Assembly: GCA_965116795.1 (NCBI GenBank)
Contig: OZ220716.1
Coordinates: 1,226,503-1,290,502, forward strand
DNA: 64,000 nucleotides
Direction of reading: 5' to 3'
Source: Gammaproteobacteria bacterium
GTDB lineage: Bacteria; Pseudomonadota; Gammaproteobacteria; JAJFKG01
Below the pieces are notes generated by a model, which did no database searches, was not told where the DNA came from, and saw only the letters and a program-made list of their open reading frames with translations. Within the stretch, counting starts at the first letter, position 1. Every line of letters begins with the position of its first letter. Made by a program: the position numbers and the translations under genes. Positions 47,910 through 58,182 of the stretch are shown piece by piece.

Positions 47910-48110
47910 GGGTCCTTCCTCGGGCTGAAACGCATTCGGGGCTCCAGCGCGCAATATTTCGCTAGCGTCAGAGCAAAAAAAATGGTTCGCAGTTCGCACT
48001 TAAGTAACACAACAGCTTCACTAACTCACTGAATCTAAAAAATATTTTCACACTCTATTCAACAAAATTGGTTCGCATTTGGTTCGCACCTAACCTAGAA
48101 AGGTTCGCAC
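47910..48110 (+). other. Lambda-like cos packaging site (cosQ, cosN, cosB)
   Basis: GGGTCCT at 47910-47916; GC-rich GGGGCTCCAGCGC at ~47938-47950; five GTTCGCA repeats (47985-48109); upstream of methylase and terminase. Confidence 0.75.
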
Positions 48111-48146
48111 TCAACAACCACACAACTTCACCCAGGATAAAACACA

Positions 48147-49430
48147 ATGGATTTAACGGTTCAACAGACACCGCTGGAACAAGTGATCCCGTATGCCCGT
48201 AATGCACGCACCCACAGTGATGCACAGGTGGCACAAATCGCCGCCTCGATTGCCGAGTTTGGTTTTGTGAATCCGGTATTAATTGGCAGTGACAATGTCA
48301 TCATTGCAGGTCATGGTCGTGTGCTCGCTGCACAACAACTGAAACTTGAAACCGTCCCAACGATTGCTCTTGTGCACTTAAATGAAAACCAACGCCGTGC
48401 TTTGATGATTGCTGATAACAAGCTCGCTGAGAATGCAGGATGGGATCAAGAACTGTTACGTTTAGAGTTGCAAAGCCTGGTAGATGAAGATTTCAACATT
48501 GACTTACTTGGCTTTGATGACGTTGATTTAGATGCACTATTATCAGATATAAACGACGACAATGCTAATATTGTTGACGAGGATATTCCTGAGCCACAAG
48601 CCAATCCGGTTAGTCAACTGGGTGATGTATGGGTCTTAGGTGAGCACCGTTTACTGTGTGGTGATGCCACTGTTCCTAGCATACTCCAGACGCTGATGAA
48701 TGATGAATTGGCTGACATGGTCTTTACCGATCCACCGTATAACGTCAATTACGATGATAAAGACAAATATCCTACTGGGCGTACTGGCAAGACCAAGCGC
48801 ACAATCTTAAACGATAATCTTGGCAATGACTTTGAAACATTCCTCATGGCTGCTTGCAACAACATGCTTATCTACACCAAAGGGGCTGTGTATATTTGCA
48901 TGAGCTCCAGTGAACTCGATACCTTACGACGTGCTTTCTGCAATGCGGGTGGCAAGTGGTCAACCTTTATCATTTGGGCGAAGAATACCTTTACGTTAGG
49001 TCGCTCTGATTATCAACGTCAATATGAACCGATGTTGTATGGTTGGAAAAGTGGAAACGATCACTACTGGTGTGGTGCACGTGATCAGGGCGATGTGTGG
49101 TTTTGTAATAAACCACGTAAGAATGACTTGCATCCAACCATGAAGCCAATAGAACTGGTGGTTCGCGCGATTAAGAATTCCAGTAAAAGCCGTGATATTA
49201 TTTTAGATCCGTTTGCAGGCTCTGGATCAACATTAATTGCCGCTGAGCAAACCGGACGACGAGCACGGTTAATGGAATTAGATCCACGTTATGTGGATGT
49301 CATACTTCAACGTTGGCAAACATTAACGGGTCAACAAGCCACCCTTCAAGAGACAGAGCAACCCTATGATGTGCTGTTACAACAACGTGAGCAGCAAGTA
49401 GCACCCCCTTCTTCTGATACAACAGACTAA
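48147..49430 (+). CDS. ParB-domain DNA N4/N6-methyltransferase
   Basis: PYARNARTH..IIAGHGR ParB domain; DPPY, HPTMKP and DPFAGSGST motifs. Confidence 0.93.
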   Translation: MDLTVQQTPLEQVIPYARNARTHSDAQVAQIAASIAEFGFVNPVLIGSDNVIIAGHGRVLAAQQLKLETVPTIALVHLNENQRRALMIADNKLAENAGWDQELLRLELQSLVDEDFNIDLLGFDDVDLDALLSDINDDNANIVDEDIPEPQANPVSQLGDVWVLGEHRLLCGDATVPSILQTLMNDELADMVFTDPPYNVNYDDKDKYPTGRTGKTKRTILNDNLGNDFETFLMAACNNMLIYTKGAVYICMSSSELDTLRRAFCNAGGKWSTFIIWAKNTFTLGRSDYQRQYEPMLYGWKSGNDHYWCGARDQGDVWFCNKPRKNDLHPTMKPIELVVRAIKNSSKSRDIILDPFAGSGSTLIAAEQTGRRARLMELDPRYVDVILQRWQTLTGQQATLQETEQPYDVLLQQREQQVAPPSSDTTD

Positions 49431-49449
49431 TAAATAGGATAATATTATT

Positions 49450-49980
49450 ATGGGAATATCGATACGTGAGTATGCCAGACGTCGTGGCGTTAGTGATATG
49501 GCCGTTCGTAAAGCGATTAAACAAGGACGTATTACCAAAGAGTCCGATGGCACGATTGATCCAAACCATGCTGATAAAGCATGGGTAACCAATACGGCTC
49601 GCCCGCAATTAAAATTAACCCCTAACGTGACGGTATTAAAAGATATTACGACAACGTTGCAAGACAATGACCAGGGGGTATCCAGTGGCAATACCTTTAT
49701 AAAAGCCAAGACCACCAACGAAATCATCAAAGCGCAAACCAACAAGCTACGATTTAAACAATTGAATGGAGAGTTAGTTAACAAGGAAGAAGTCTGTCGA
49801 CTCGTTTTTCAATTATCACGTCAAGAGCGTGATGCGTGGCAAGCTTGGCCAGCACGCATTGCCAGTCAAATGGCTGCCCAATTACAAATCGATACGCATA
49901 CATTGCAAATTACCCTAGAACAATACATCTATGAACATCTGCTTGAGCTAGGCAATGTCAAACTCGACTTTAAAGAGTGA
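49450..49980 (+). CDS. Terminase small subunit
   Basis: N-terminal HTH SIREYARRRGVS..AVRKAI..GRI; directly before TerL. Confidence 0.75.
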   Translation: MGISIREYARRRGVSDMAVRKAIKQGRITKESDGTIDPNHADKAWVTNTARPQLKLTPNVTVLKDITTTLQDNDQGVSSGNTFIKAKTTNEIIKAQTNKLRFKQLNGELVNKEEVCRLVFQLSRQERDAWQAWPARIASQMAAQLQIDTHTLQITLEQYIYEHLLELGNVKLDFKE

Positions 49981-52003
49981 TCTCTCTATGGAAGACGCTC
50001 TAACAGCCTGGAATACGGGAAAGCTCCCTGCACCCAATTTAACGATTTCCGAGTGGGCAGATGAGTATCGCACCTTATCCCCCAAAGCCGCTGCAGAACC
50101 TGGGCGTTGGCGCACAGAACGTACACCGTACTTGCGTGAAATCATGGATGCACTATCACCGCATACATCAACCCAACGCATTATTTTTATGAAAGGCGCT
50201 CAAATTGGTGGCACCGAAGCGGGAAATAATTGGATTGGCTACGTTATTCATTTCTCCCCTGCACCGATGATGGCGGTGGCTCCCACAACGGAGTTAGCTA
50301 AACGTAATTCTAAGCAGCGTATTGATCCACTTATTGAAGATTGTGCCGCATTAAAAGAGCGGGTGAAACCCGCACGTTCGCGTGATTCAGGCAATACGGT
50401 GTTATCTAAAGACTTCCCAGGGGGCGTGTTAGTAATGACAGGTGCCAACTCGGCAGTTGGATTGCGCTCGATGCCAGCACGTTATTTGTTTATGGATGAA
50501 GTCGATGGTTATCCAGGGGACATTGAAGGGGAAGGCGATCCGATTGTATTAGCCGAAAGACGCAGTGCCACCTTTCAAACCAGGCGCAAAATATTTTTAG
50601 TCAGCACACCAACGCTCAAAGGCTTATCACGAATTAATCGTGAATTTGAACAAACAGACCAACGTTATTATCAGGTACCGTGTCCACATTGTCAGCATTT
50701 CCAAGCATTACGTTTTGGTCAATTACGTTGGCAGGAAGGTACGCCCGTTGATGTTACTTACCAATGTGAATCATGCGATGAATTGATTGCAGAGCACCAT
50801 AAAACAGAGCTATTAGCCAACGGTAAATGGGTAGCAACGAATGATAACCCGCAACAACGTCACACGGTTGGTTATCACTTATCCAGTCTTTACAGCCCGA
50901 TTGGTTGGTTTAGTTGGTCGGATGCAGCGAGTCTTTATGAACAAGCTAAAGCGCATCCAGAACTGATGAAAAGTTTTGTCAATACTGTATTAGGAGAGCC
51001 GTATGAAGAAGAACACGATGCACCGGACTGGGAAGCAATTTACTGCAGACGCGAAACGTATCCACAAGGTATTGTCCCGCATGGTGGATTGTTTCTTACA
51101 GCTGGTGTTGATATTCAAAAGGATCGTATTGAATGTGAAGTCACTGCTTGGTCTCGTGATAAGCAAAGCTGGTCGGTTGATTATAAAGTGTTGGCAGGCG
51201 ATACAGCGCGCTTGGAAGTCTGGCAAGCATTAGAAAAAGTTTTACAAAAAGATTGGCCACATGCTTCAGGTCATACGTTACCTATCAGAGTGATGGCGGT
51301 AGATAGCGGTTATGCTACTCAAGAAGTGTATAACTGGGTACGTCAACACTCACAAGCGATTTGGGGTGGCGGCGGTGCCAGAGCCAATCAACCACGTACG
51401 GTTGTGGCGGTCAAAGGCAGTGACAGAGATACGGCATTAATATTAAGTGCCTCTAAAACAGAACTCAGCGGTAAACGTCGTGGATTGCGTGTATGGAATG
51501 TCTCCAGCTCCATTGCCAAGGTAGAATTGTACCGCTGGTTAAAGTTGGAATGTCTCATTAGCGATGATGAGTCTCAACCTACTGGCGCTCCGGCAGGTTA
51601 TTGTCATTTCCCGCAATATGAGCCGGAATATTTCAAACAACTGACAGCCGAGAAGCGTATTATTCGCGTACACCGTGGTTATCCAAAAGCGGTCTGGGAG
51701 AAAGACCCGACACGGCGTAACGAAGCGTTAGATTGTCGCGTGTATGCCAGAGCGGCGGCGAGCATTTATGGATTAGACCGGTTTAATGAACATCACTGGC
51801 AACAGTTTGAAGCGGCATTAGGTAAACCGGTGCCAGAAAAAAGTGATGCAGCCACATCAACGTTAACATCAACAACCATTGTCACAACGCCACCATCGGG
51901 TAGAAGTGCCTTCTTGCGGGCGATGATACAACAACGCCCCATGCAATTATCGGATGACCCGTATTTACAAGGGGACGATGATTTTGATACGTCTGATTTT
52001 TAA
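49955..52003 (+). CDS. Terminase large subunit (lambda GpA family)
   Basis: KGAQIGGTE, DEVDGY, STPT, GVDIQ and NEALDCRVYA motifs. Confidence 0.95.
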   Translation: MSNSTLKSDLSMEDALTAWNTGKLPAPNLTISEWADEYRTLSPKAAAEPGRWRTERTPYLREIMDALSPHTSTQRIIFMKGAQIGGTEAGNNWIGYVIHFSPAPMMAVAPTTELAKRNSKQRIDPLIEDCAALKERVKPARSRDSGNTVLSKDFPGGVLVMTGANSAVGLRSMPARYLFMDEVDGYPGDIEGEGDPIVLAERRSATFQTRRKIFLVSTPTLKGLSRINREFEQTDQRYYQVPCPHCQHFQALRFGQLRWQEGTPVDVTYQCESCDELIAEHHKTELLANGKWVATNDNPQQRHTVGYHLSSLYSPIGWFSWSDAASLYEQAKAHPELMKSFVNTVLGEPYEEEHDAPDWEAIYCRRETYPQGIVPHGGLFLTAGVDIQKDRIECEVTAWSRDKQSWSVDYKVLAGDTARLEVWQALEKVLQKDWPHASGHTLPIRVMAVDSGYATQEVYNWVRQHSQAIWGGGGARANQPRTVVAVKGSDRDTALILSASKTELSGKRRGLRVWNVSSSIAKVELYRWLKLECLISDDESQPTGAPAGYCHFPQYEPEYFKQLTAEKRIIRVHRGYPKAVWEKDPTRRNEALDCRVYARAAASIYGLDRFNEHHWQQFEAALGKPVPEKSDAATSTLTSTTIVTTPPSGRSAFLRAMIQQRPMQLSDDPYLQGDDDFDTSDF

Positions 52004-52046
52004 TATCACACAGTATGTTAATAAAGAAATTGTAGAGTAAGTAACA

Positions 52047-52280
52047 ATGCCAACAACAGACTTAACCACATTACAAACCCGATTACAGGAAGCAGAGAAT
52101 GCTTATCATTTATTAATGACAGGTCAACAAGAGGTAAGTGTGCACATCGATGGCTATGGTGCTGTCACCTACACTTCCGCCAACATGACACAGTTAGAGC
52201 GCTACATTACCAATTTAAAGATGATGCTCTCTCAGCAATCCGGTCGTGGTGGGCGTAAAGCCATTTTTGTCGAGTTTTAA
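52047..52280 (+). CDS. gpW-like head completion protein
   Basis: 77 aa between TerL and portal; AYHLLMTG...V.Y motif. Confidence 0.75.
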   Translation: MPTTDLTTLQTRLQEAENAYHLLMTGQQEVSVHIDGYGAVTYTSANMTQLERYITNLKMMLSQQSGRGGRKAIFVEF

Positions 52281-52281
52281 T

Positions 52282-53808
52282 ATGCGCATGCATCCAAGCA
52301 AACACGCTGACACCGCGCACCGCGGTGCATCGCATACCGCTAGCGAATTACGCTCCTGGCAACCACCTAAAGGGTCAGCCGACAGTGATTTGTTACCTGA
52401 ATTAGATACCTTAGTATCGCGCTCACGTGACTTAGTTCGCAATCATGGTGTTGCCAGTGGTGCCATTCAAACGTTAACAGACAACATTGTTGGCTCAGGG
52501 TTACGTTTAGCGGCACGGCCTGATTATGTTCTACTCGGTAAAACAAAAGAATGGGCCGATGACTGGGCACGGCAAGTGGAATCTCACTTTCGCACCTGGG
52601 CCGAGTCAACAACGTGTGATGCCGCTAATTCACTGACCTTTGCAGGACTCACGATACAGATATTTCGTTCATCCCTATTAAATGGTGAAGCGTTAGCATT
52701 GCCACTGTGGTTACCCAACAGAGGTGAGTTTGCCACAACACTACAATTAATTGAGCCAGATAGATTAAGCAATCCTAACGGTAAACAAGATAACCAAACA
52801 CTACGTGGCGGCATTGAGATTGATAAATACGGCGCACCGATAGCCTATTGGATTAAACGCACCCATCCTGGTGATGCATTTATGTTGGCAGAAGATGATG
52901 ATTGGCAACGCATGCCAGCAACAACCCAGTTTGGTCGCCAACGTGTGATACATATTCATGATAAAGAGCGCACCGGACAAACACGTGGTAAGCCGTTATT
53001 AACCAGTGTATTGCCACTATTTAAAACATTAGATCATTACGAGCGCAGTGAATTACAAGCCGCTGTTGTTAATGCGATGATTGCCGCCTTCGTTGAAACC
53101 CCACTGGATAACGATGCCATTAGCGATTTATTTGGGGGTGACGTTAATGATTACATGAAAGCGCGCAATGAATGGCGATTACGCTTGCAAAGTGGTGCCA
53201 TTATTCCAGTCTTTCCTGGCGATAAGGTGTCGGCGTTTACACCAAGTCGGCCTAACAGTGGTTATGGCCAGTTCGTTGAGAATGTATTACGGCATATTGG
53301 CGCCGGACTTAACTTGCCCTTTGAACTGTTAATGAAGGATTTTTCTAAGACGAACTACTCCAGTGCTCGCGCTGCGCTAATGGAAGCGTGGCGCTTTTTT
53401 TCAGGGCGTCGGCAATGGTTAGCCACGTACTGGGCAAGACCCGTGTATGCACTGTGGTTAGAAGAAGCGATTAACAAAGGATTAATTGAAGCCCCACACT
53501 TCTATCAACAAAAACAAGCCTGGACACGCTCCAAATGGATTGGTTCAGGACGTGGGTGGATTGACCCTGTTAAAGAAGCGACAGCCTCGCAAATTCGAAT
53601 GGACATAGGGTTATCGACTTTAGAAGAAGAATGTGCGGCACAAGGATTAGATTGGGAAGAAGTATTAGAACAAAGAGCCCGTGAGCAAGCCAAGCAACGG
53701 GAACTTGGACTGGCACCAAACAATACCGTCACGCAAACGGGTGAGCCGTCACATCATGAGGATGACAATGAAAGCAATGAAAGTGGAAACGACAATGGAA
53801 AGGACTAA
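52282..53808 (+). CDS. Lambda-family portal protein
   Basis: RSRDLVRN, GQTRG, NYSSARA and GWIDP.KE motifs. Confidence 0.95.
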   Translation: MRMHPSKHADTAHRGASHTASELRSWQPPKGSADSDLLPELDTLVSRSRDLVRNHGVASGAIQTLTDNIVGSGLRLAARPDYVLLGKTKEWADDWARQVESHFRTWAESTTCDAANSLTFAGLTIQIFRSSLLNGEALALPLWLPNRGEFATTLQLIEPDRLSNPNGKQDNQTLRGGIEIDKYGAPIAYWIKRTHPGDAFMLAEDDDWQRMPATTQFGRQRVIHIHDKERTGQTRGKPLLTSVLPLFKTLDHYERSELQAAVVNAMIAAFVETPLDNDAISDLFGGDVNDYMKARNEWRLRLQSGAIIPVFPGDKVSAFTPSRPNSGYGQFVENVLRHIGAGLNLPFELLMKDFSKTNYSSARAALMEAWRFFSGRRQWLATYWARPVYALWLEEAINKGLIEAPHFYQQKQAWTRSKWIGSGRGWIDPVKEATASQIRMDIGLSTLEEECAAQGLDWEEVLEQRAREQAKQRELGLAPNNTVTQTGEPSHHEDDNESNESGNDNGKD

Positions 53809-54013
53809 GCGGTGGTTGTATTGGGTGGATATAGCGTTAATTTTTTCAGGGTTAGCCGCCGTTGTTCTTTTAATGTTGACGTACTTGTGGCATTTAATCA
53901 CGCCGCTTGCCTATTTGTCATTACACCAACTGCAAGAAATCAGACACATTCTGTTGAGTGCCGTGCTAACCGGCATTTTGTCGTCAAGGTTCAGAAAACT
54001 TCAAAAATCTTGA
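53795..54013 (+). CDS. Small two-TM membrane protein
   Basis: 72 aa, two hydrophobic stretches, basic C-terminus; overlaps the portal stop. Confidence 0.5.
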   Translation: MERTKRWLYWVDIALIFSGLAAVVLLMLTYLWHLITPLAYLSLHQLQEIRHILLSAVLTGILSSRFRKLQKS

Positions 54014-54087
54014 TAATAGGTGAAGGTGTTTCCGTGTGTCGGGAACCCTGCAAACAATCCCTGCATTAACTCAAAAAGGAATATACT

Positions 54088-55269
54088 ATGCGCGCTTGGA
54101 ACAAAGCCACTGGTGAGCCGTGGGCAATTACCCATAATGCTTTAAGCAACATACTCGATATTGCGGCAAGACAAAACCAGTCACCAGAAGTCGTCGCTGC
54201 CAAGTTAGGACGTGAGTTACAGAACACGCGCCAGATGACAATACAAAATGGCATTGCCATCATTCCTGTTGTGGGTGCGCTCTTTCGTTACGCCAACGTA
54301 TTTACCCAAGTCAGTGGTGCCTCCTCGTATGAGTTAATTGCCACCGATTTTAGAGATGCCTTTGCGGATAAGGATGTGCAGTCCATTATATTAAACATTG
54401 ATTCCCCAGGTGGTGAAGTCAATGGCTGCTGTGATTTAGCGCAAACCATTTATGAAGCTAGAGGCAAGAAGCCCATCATTGCATATGCATCAGGTGATGT
54501 GGCATCAGGCGCGTATTGGATAGCAAGCGCTTGTGACAATATCTTTGTTTCTAAAACCAGCAGTGTCGGTTCCATTGGCGTTGTCGGTGTGTATCGTGAT
54601 AACAAAGATGACAATAGCATTGAAATTGTGTCATCACAAAGTCCGCATAAGCGTGTTGACATACAAACTGATGATGGCCGCGCACGATTGCAACAACGCA
54701 TTGATGCGATGGCCACTGTGTTTATCAACGCGGTGGCAACATATCGCAACACTTCACCTGAATCAGTACAGCAACGTTACGGGGGTGGTGATGTATTTAT
54801 TGGAGAAGATGCCGTTAAGCACGGCTTAGCCGATAACATCAACACATTTGATAACTTGCTTGCTGGGCTGCAACAGCAAATTTCTCAACCCATTTATTCA
54901 CACTCACAGGAGACATCCACTATGACTGATAAAATAACTGATATCACTGCATCAACCGATGCAGCAAATTTACTAGAAAAAGGCAAAGTGCAAGAACGTG
55001 CTCGCATTCAAGCTATCTTAACGTGTGACGTTGCCAAACATCGGCAACGATTAGCACAGCACTTGGCGTTTGCTACCAACATGGATGTGGAACTAGCCAA
55101 ACAAACGTTAACGTCTGCACCGACAGCATCACCCCAAACAAATGATACCACTGGCTTTCAAGCGGCGATGAACAAACTTGAAAACCCTGAGATTGTGCCA
55201 AGCAGTGCAGCAGATAATGATGAGCGCGATGAAATTGACAGCGTTGTTAAACGCATCGCGAGTTACTGA
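54088..55269 (+). CDS. S49 head maturation protease with nested scaffold (internal ATG 54922)
   Basis: IDSPGG, ASGAYWIASA and GSIGVV motifs; internal AGGAG RBS conserved in both copies. Confidence 0.93.
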   Translation: MRAWNKATGEPWAITHNALSNILDIAARQNQSPEVVAAKLGRELQNTRQMTIQNGIAIIPVVGALFRYANVFTQVSGASSYELIATDFRDAFADKDVQSIILNIDSPGGEVNGCCDLAQTIYEARGKKPIIAYASGDVASGAYWIASACDNIFVSKTSSVGSIGVVGVYRDNKDDNSIEIVSSQSPHKRVDIQTDDGRARLQQRIDAMATVFINAVATYRNTSPESVQQRYGGGDVFIGEDAVKHGLADNINTFDNLLAGLQQQISQPIYSHSQETSTMTDKITDITASTDAANLLEKGKVQERARIQAILTCDVAKHRQRLAQHLAFATNMDVELAKQTLTSAPTASPQTNDTTGFQAAMNKLENPEIVPSSAADNDERDEIDSVVKRIASY

Positions 55270-55318
55270 TGGCACTTTGGCTAATCGGATATCTATTAAT
55301 TAAGCGGAGGAAACCAAC

Positions 55319-55702
55319 ATGAGCGCACAAGGCTTTACTGAGCAGGGGTCAATTACCCCCGATAATTTATTTGCAGGGGAATTCCCTTGCGTGCAGCGTA
55401 CGGAGACTATCACTGGCGGGATGAAGTTACCCCGAGGTGCCGTGTTAGGCCGCATCAATGACTCAGGCCATTTTACATTAAGTAAATTACGTGCCGGTGA
55501 TGGCTCCCAACTCCCCGTTGCCATACTGGCTGAAGACTGTGATGCGACCAGCGATACCCAAGCGGTGGTCTATCACGCGGGGGAATTCAATGCCAAGGCG
55601 CTGACCTATGGCGAGGGCCACACGGCTAAGTCGGTGTGGGAGTCTCGGCGTGCTGCGGCAGGTAACAACACTTTATTCTTACGTAACAACTTGGAGGCAT
55701 AA
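55319..55702 (+). CDS. Head decoration protein
   Basis: Paralog of 837..1220. Confidence 0.85.
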   Translation: MSAQGFTEQGSITPDNLFAGEFPCVQRTETITGGMKLPRGAVLGRINDSGHFTLSKLRAGDGSQLPVAILAEDCDATSDTQAVVYHAGEFNAKALTYGEGHTAKSVWESRRAAAGNNTLFLRNNLEA

Positions 55703-55704
55703 TC

Positions 55705-56742
55705 ATGGTCGACATTTTTTCTACCTTTGTTTTAAATCGGACAATTGAATGCTTAGAGCGTTCATCCTCATTTCTGTTAGATACTTTCTTTACCTCAGTA
55801 CAGATGGAAGAAAGTGCGGAAATCCACTTTGACATTAATGAGTCTAAACCACGACTAGCGCCATTTGTCTCTCCACTGGTCGCCGGTAAAGTGGTGGATG
55901 CACAAGGTTACAGCACGCAAAGCTTCAGACCGGCATACGTCAAAGATAAACGCCGCTTTGATGCCAATACCCCACTAAAACGTGTCATTGGTGAAACCAT
56001 TGGTGGTAGCTTACCCGCTAACCGACGTTTAGAGGCGGCGGTGAGTAAAGCATTACGCGACCAATTAGAAAACTTAACCCGTCGTGAGGAAGTGATGGCA
56101 GCCGAAGTGTTAACCAAAGGTACCGTTACCGTCTCTGGCGACAATTACCCAACGCAAGTGGTTGACTTTAAGCGTGACCCCAAACTCACGATTAAACTCT
56201 CAGGTAATAATGATAAGTGGAGTAATCCAGAATCACCTGCCCTTGACCAACTCGAAGATTGGGCGAGCTTGATTCAAGAGAAATCCGGTGCCGTGGCACG
56301 GCGCGTTATCTTAGACCCTAAAGCTTGGCGATTGCTACGCAAGAATAAGCAAGTGATGACCCAGTTAGATATTCGTCGTGGCACCAACATCACCTTTGAC
56401 ACTGACCCGATGAGTCGCGGCCAAGGTAACGAGAAAGCACGTTATGTTGGCTCTATTGGCGATTTTGACTTTCATGTTTACAATGATGTCTATGTTGACG
56501 ATGAGAATACCGTACAACATTTGTTACCTGACCATACCGTATTACTGGTCAGCCAACAAAACTTAGAAGGCACACGGTGTTATGGCATGATACGTGATGA
56601 AAAGGCGGACTTTCGCGCGATGCGTTATTTCAGCAAAAGTTGGATGGAAGAAGACCCCGCTGTTAGGTGGTTGTTATTGCAATCAGCCCCATTGATTGTG
56701 CCCTATCGTCCGAATGCATCACTTTGCGTAACGGTGGCCTAA
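55705..56742 (+). CDS. Major capsid protein (gpE family)
   Basis: Paralog of 1223..2260. Confidence 0.93.
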   Translation: MVDIFSTFVLNRTIECLERSSSFLLDTFFTSVQMEESAEIHFDINESKPRLAPFVSPLVAGKVVDAQGYSTQSFRPAYVKDKRRFDANTPLKRVIGETIGGSLPANRRLEAAVSKALRDQLENLTRREEVMAAEVLTKGTVTVSGDNYPTQVVDFKRDPKLTIKLSGNNDKWSNPESPALDQLEDWASLIQEKSGAVARRVILDPKAWRLLRKNKQVMTQLDIRRGTNITFDTDPMSRGQGNEKARYVGSIGDFDFHVYNDVYVDDENTVQHLLPDHTVLLVSQQNLEGTRCYGMIRDEKADFRAMRYFSKSWMEEDPAVRWLLLQSAPLIVPYRPNASLCVTVA

Positions 56743-56744
56743 TC

Positions 56745-57062
56745 ATGTTGCCTGCGTTTTCACAAGCTACCGATAGATTGTTTGCCCGCTTAGGGGTACA
56801 AGCCACCTATCATCCACAAGGCAGTAGTAACAACATTACTTTGCCAGTCATTTTGAAAATCCCAGACCACATTGTGGATTTCGGTGAAGCGCATTTGCAT
56901 ACGTCAACACAAGTGATTGATGTGAAATGCAATGATGTGAAAGAACCGAAAATAGGGGATGTCATTACCATTGATAAATCATCTTATCGCATCCAAAGCG
57001 AACCAGTACGTGATTTACATGGATTAATTTGGAAAATAGACGTGATTAAAGTATGCAATTAA
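56745..57062 (+). CDS. Head-tail joining protein
   Basis: Paralog of 2263..2580. Confidence 0.7.
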   Translation: MLPAFSQATDRLFARLGVQATYHPQGSSNNITLPVILKIPDHIVDFGEAHLHTSTQVIDVKCNDVKEPKIGDVITIDKSSYRIQSEPVRDLHGLIWKIDVIKVCN

Positions 57063-57700
57063 AAGCGGCATTGAGTGGTCGTTTAGATAAGTATCTCAAA
57101 GACAATTTAAAAGAAGCCGAGCATGCGGTCACAACTGGCATTAAAACCGCAACCAATAACTTAAAGTTGCAAATGCGTAGCCAAGTGATAGCGGCTAACT
57201 TAGGCAAACGCTTAGCCAACAGTTGGCGCGGCGATGTATACCCAAAGCAAAAGACAAGCTTGAATGCAGCAGGTCATGTGTATGCACGTGCGTATAAGAT
57301 TCTTGCTAACTTTGAACAAGGCAGCCTTATTCGAGGACGCAAAGGCTTGTGGCTCGCCATTCCCACACCCAATGTGCCTAAACGACTTGGAGGCAAACGC
57401 CCTATGCCGGGTGACATTGAACGTGCCTGGAATGTAAAACTACGCTTTGTATATCGCTCTAATGGTGCATCACTGCTGGTGTTAGATAATCGGCGTGCAT
57501 CCTACAGTCGCAAGACAGGTAAATTACGTGGCTTTCGTAAAGCGAGCCAATCAGCATTACGTACCGGTCGTGGATTAGCCACCGTTGTGATGTTCTGGTT
57601 AGTGCCGCAAGTTAAAATGCCAAAGCGACTTCATTTCAAAACGGCAAGTGAACATCAGCAACGACAATTACCGAAGCTCATTACCGATAACTGGAAATAA
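57053..57700 (+). CDS. Neck/tail-completion protein
   Basis: Paralog of 2571..3218. Confidence 0.65.
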   Translation: MQLKAALSGRLDKYLKDNLKEAEHAVTTGIKTATNNLKLQMRSQVIAANLGKRLANSWRGDVYPKQKTSLNAAGHVYARAYKILANFEQGSLIRGRKGLWLAIPTPNVPKRLGGKRPMPGDIERAWNVKLRFVYRSNGASLLVLDNRRASYSRKTGKLRGFRKASQSALRTGRGLATVVMFWLVPQVKMPKRLHFKTASEHQQRQLPKLITDNWK

Positions 57701-57705
57701 TCCCC

Positions 57706-58140
57706 ATGACCAGTACCCGTGAATATGCCATTGTGACGCTCTTTGGCCAGCTTCGCTGTGCGCTTCCGGCTATCACGGTATTGCGCAATGCAGTCGTACC
57801 AACAACTATTCCAAGTGAAGGATTAATCATCTTGCGTGATGGCGATATGGGAGAGCCAAGTATGATTTTATCACCACCGCGCTATGCGTATTATCACCAT
57901 GCGGCGTTAGAAGTCATTGTGCAACAAGCCGATGATGACAAACGCGAGGCACAGTTAGATGACTTGCTAATAAAAGTGGGAGAAGCCTTGCAGCAGCCTT
58001 TTCCTGCAGATGATGGCATTGATTGTTGTAGAGTGGGGGAACTTGAATTAACCACCGAGCCCATTGAAGGGGCGGCGACACTCAAAATTGCCCATGTCCC
58101 CATTATTGTGGAATATGTCACGACCAATCCATTGTTTTAG
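57706..58140 (+). CDS. Tail terminator-like protein
   Basis: Paralog of 3224..3658. Confidence 0.6.
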   Translation: MTSTREYAIVTLFGQLRCALPAITVLRNAVVPTTIPSEGLIILRDGDMGEPSMILSPPRYAYYHHAALEVIVQQADDDKREAQLDDLLIKVGEALQQPFPADDGIDCCRVGELELTTEPIEGAATLKIAHVPIIVEYVTTNPLF

Positions 58141-58182
58141 CAGTCACTAACGCAATCAAACATTATGTAGAGGAGCAAACGC

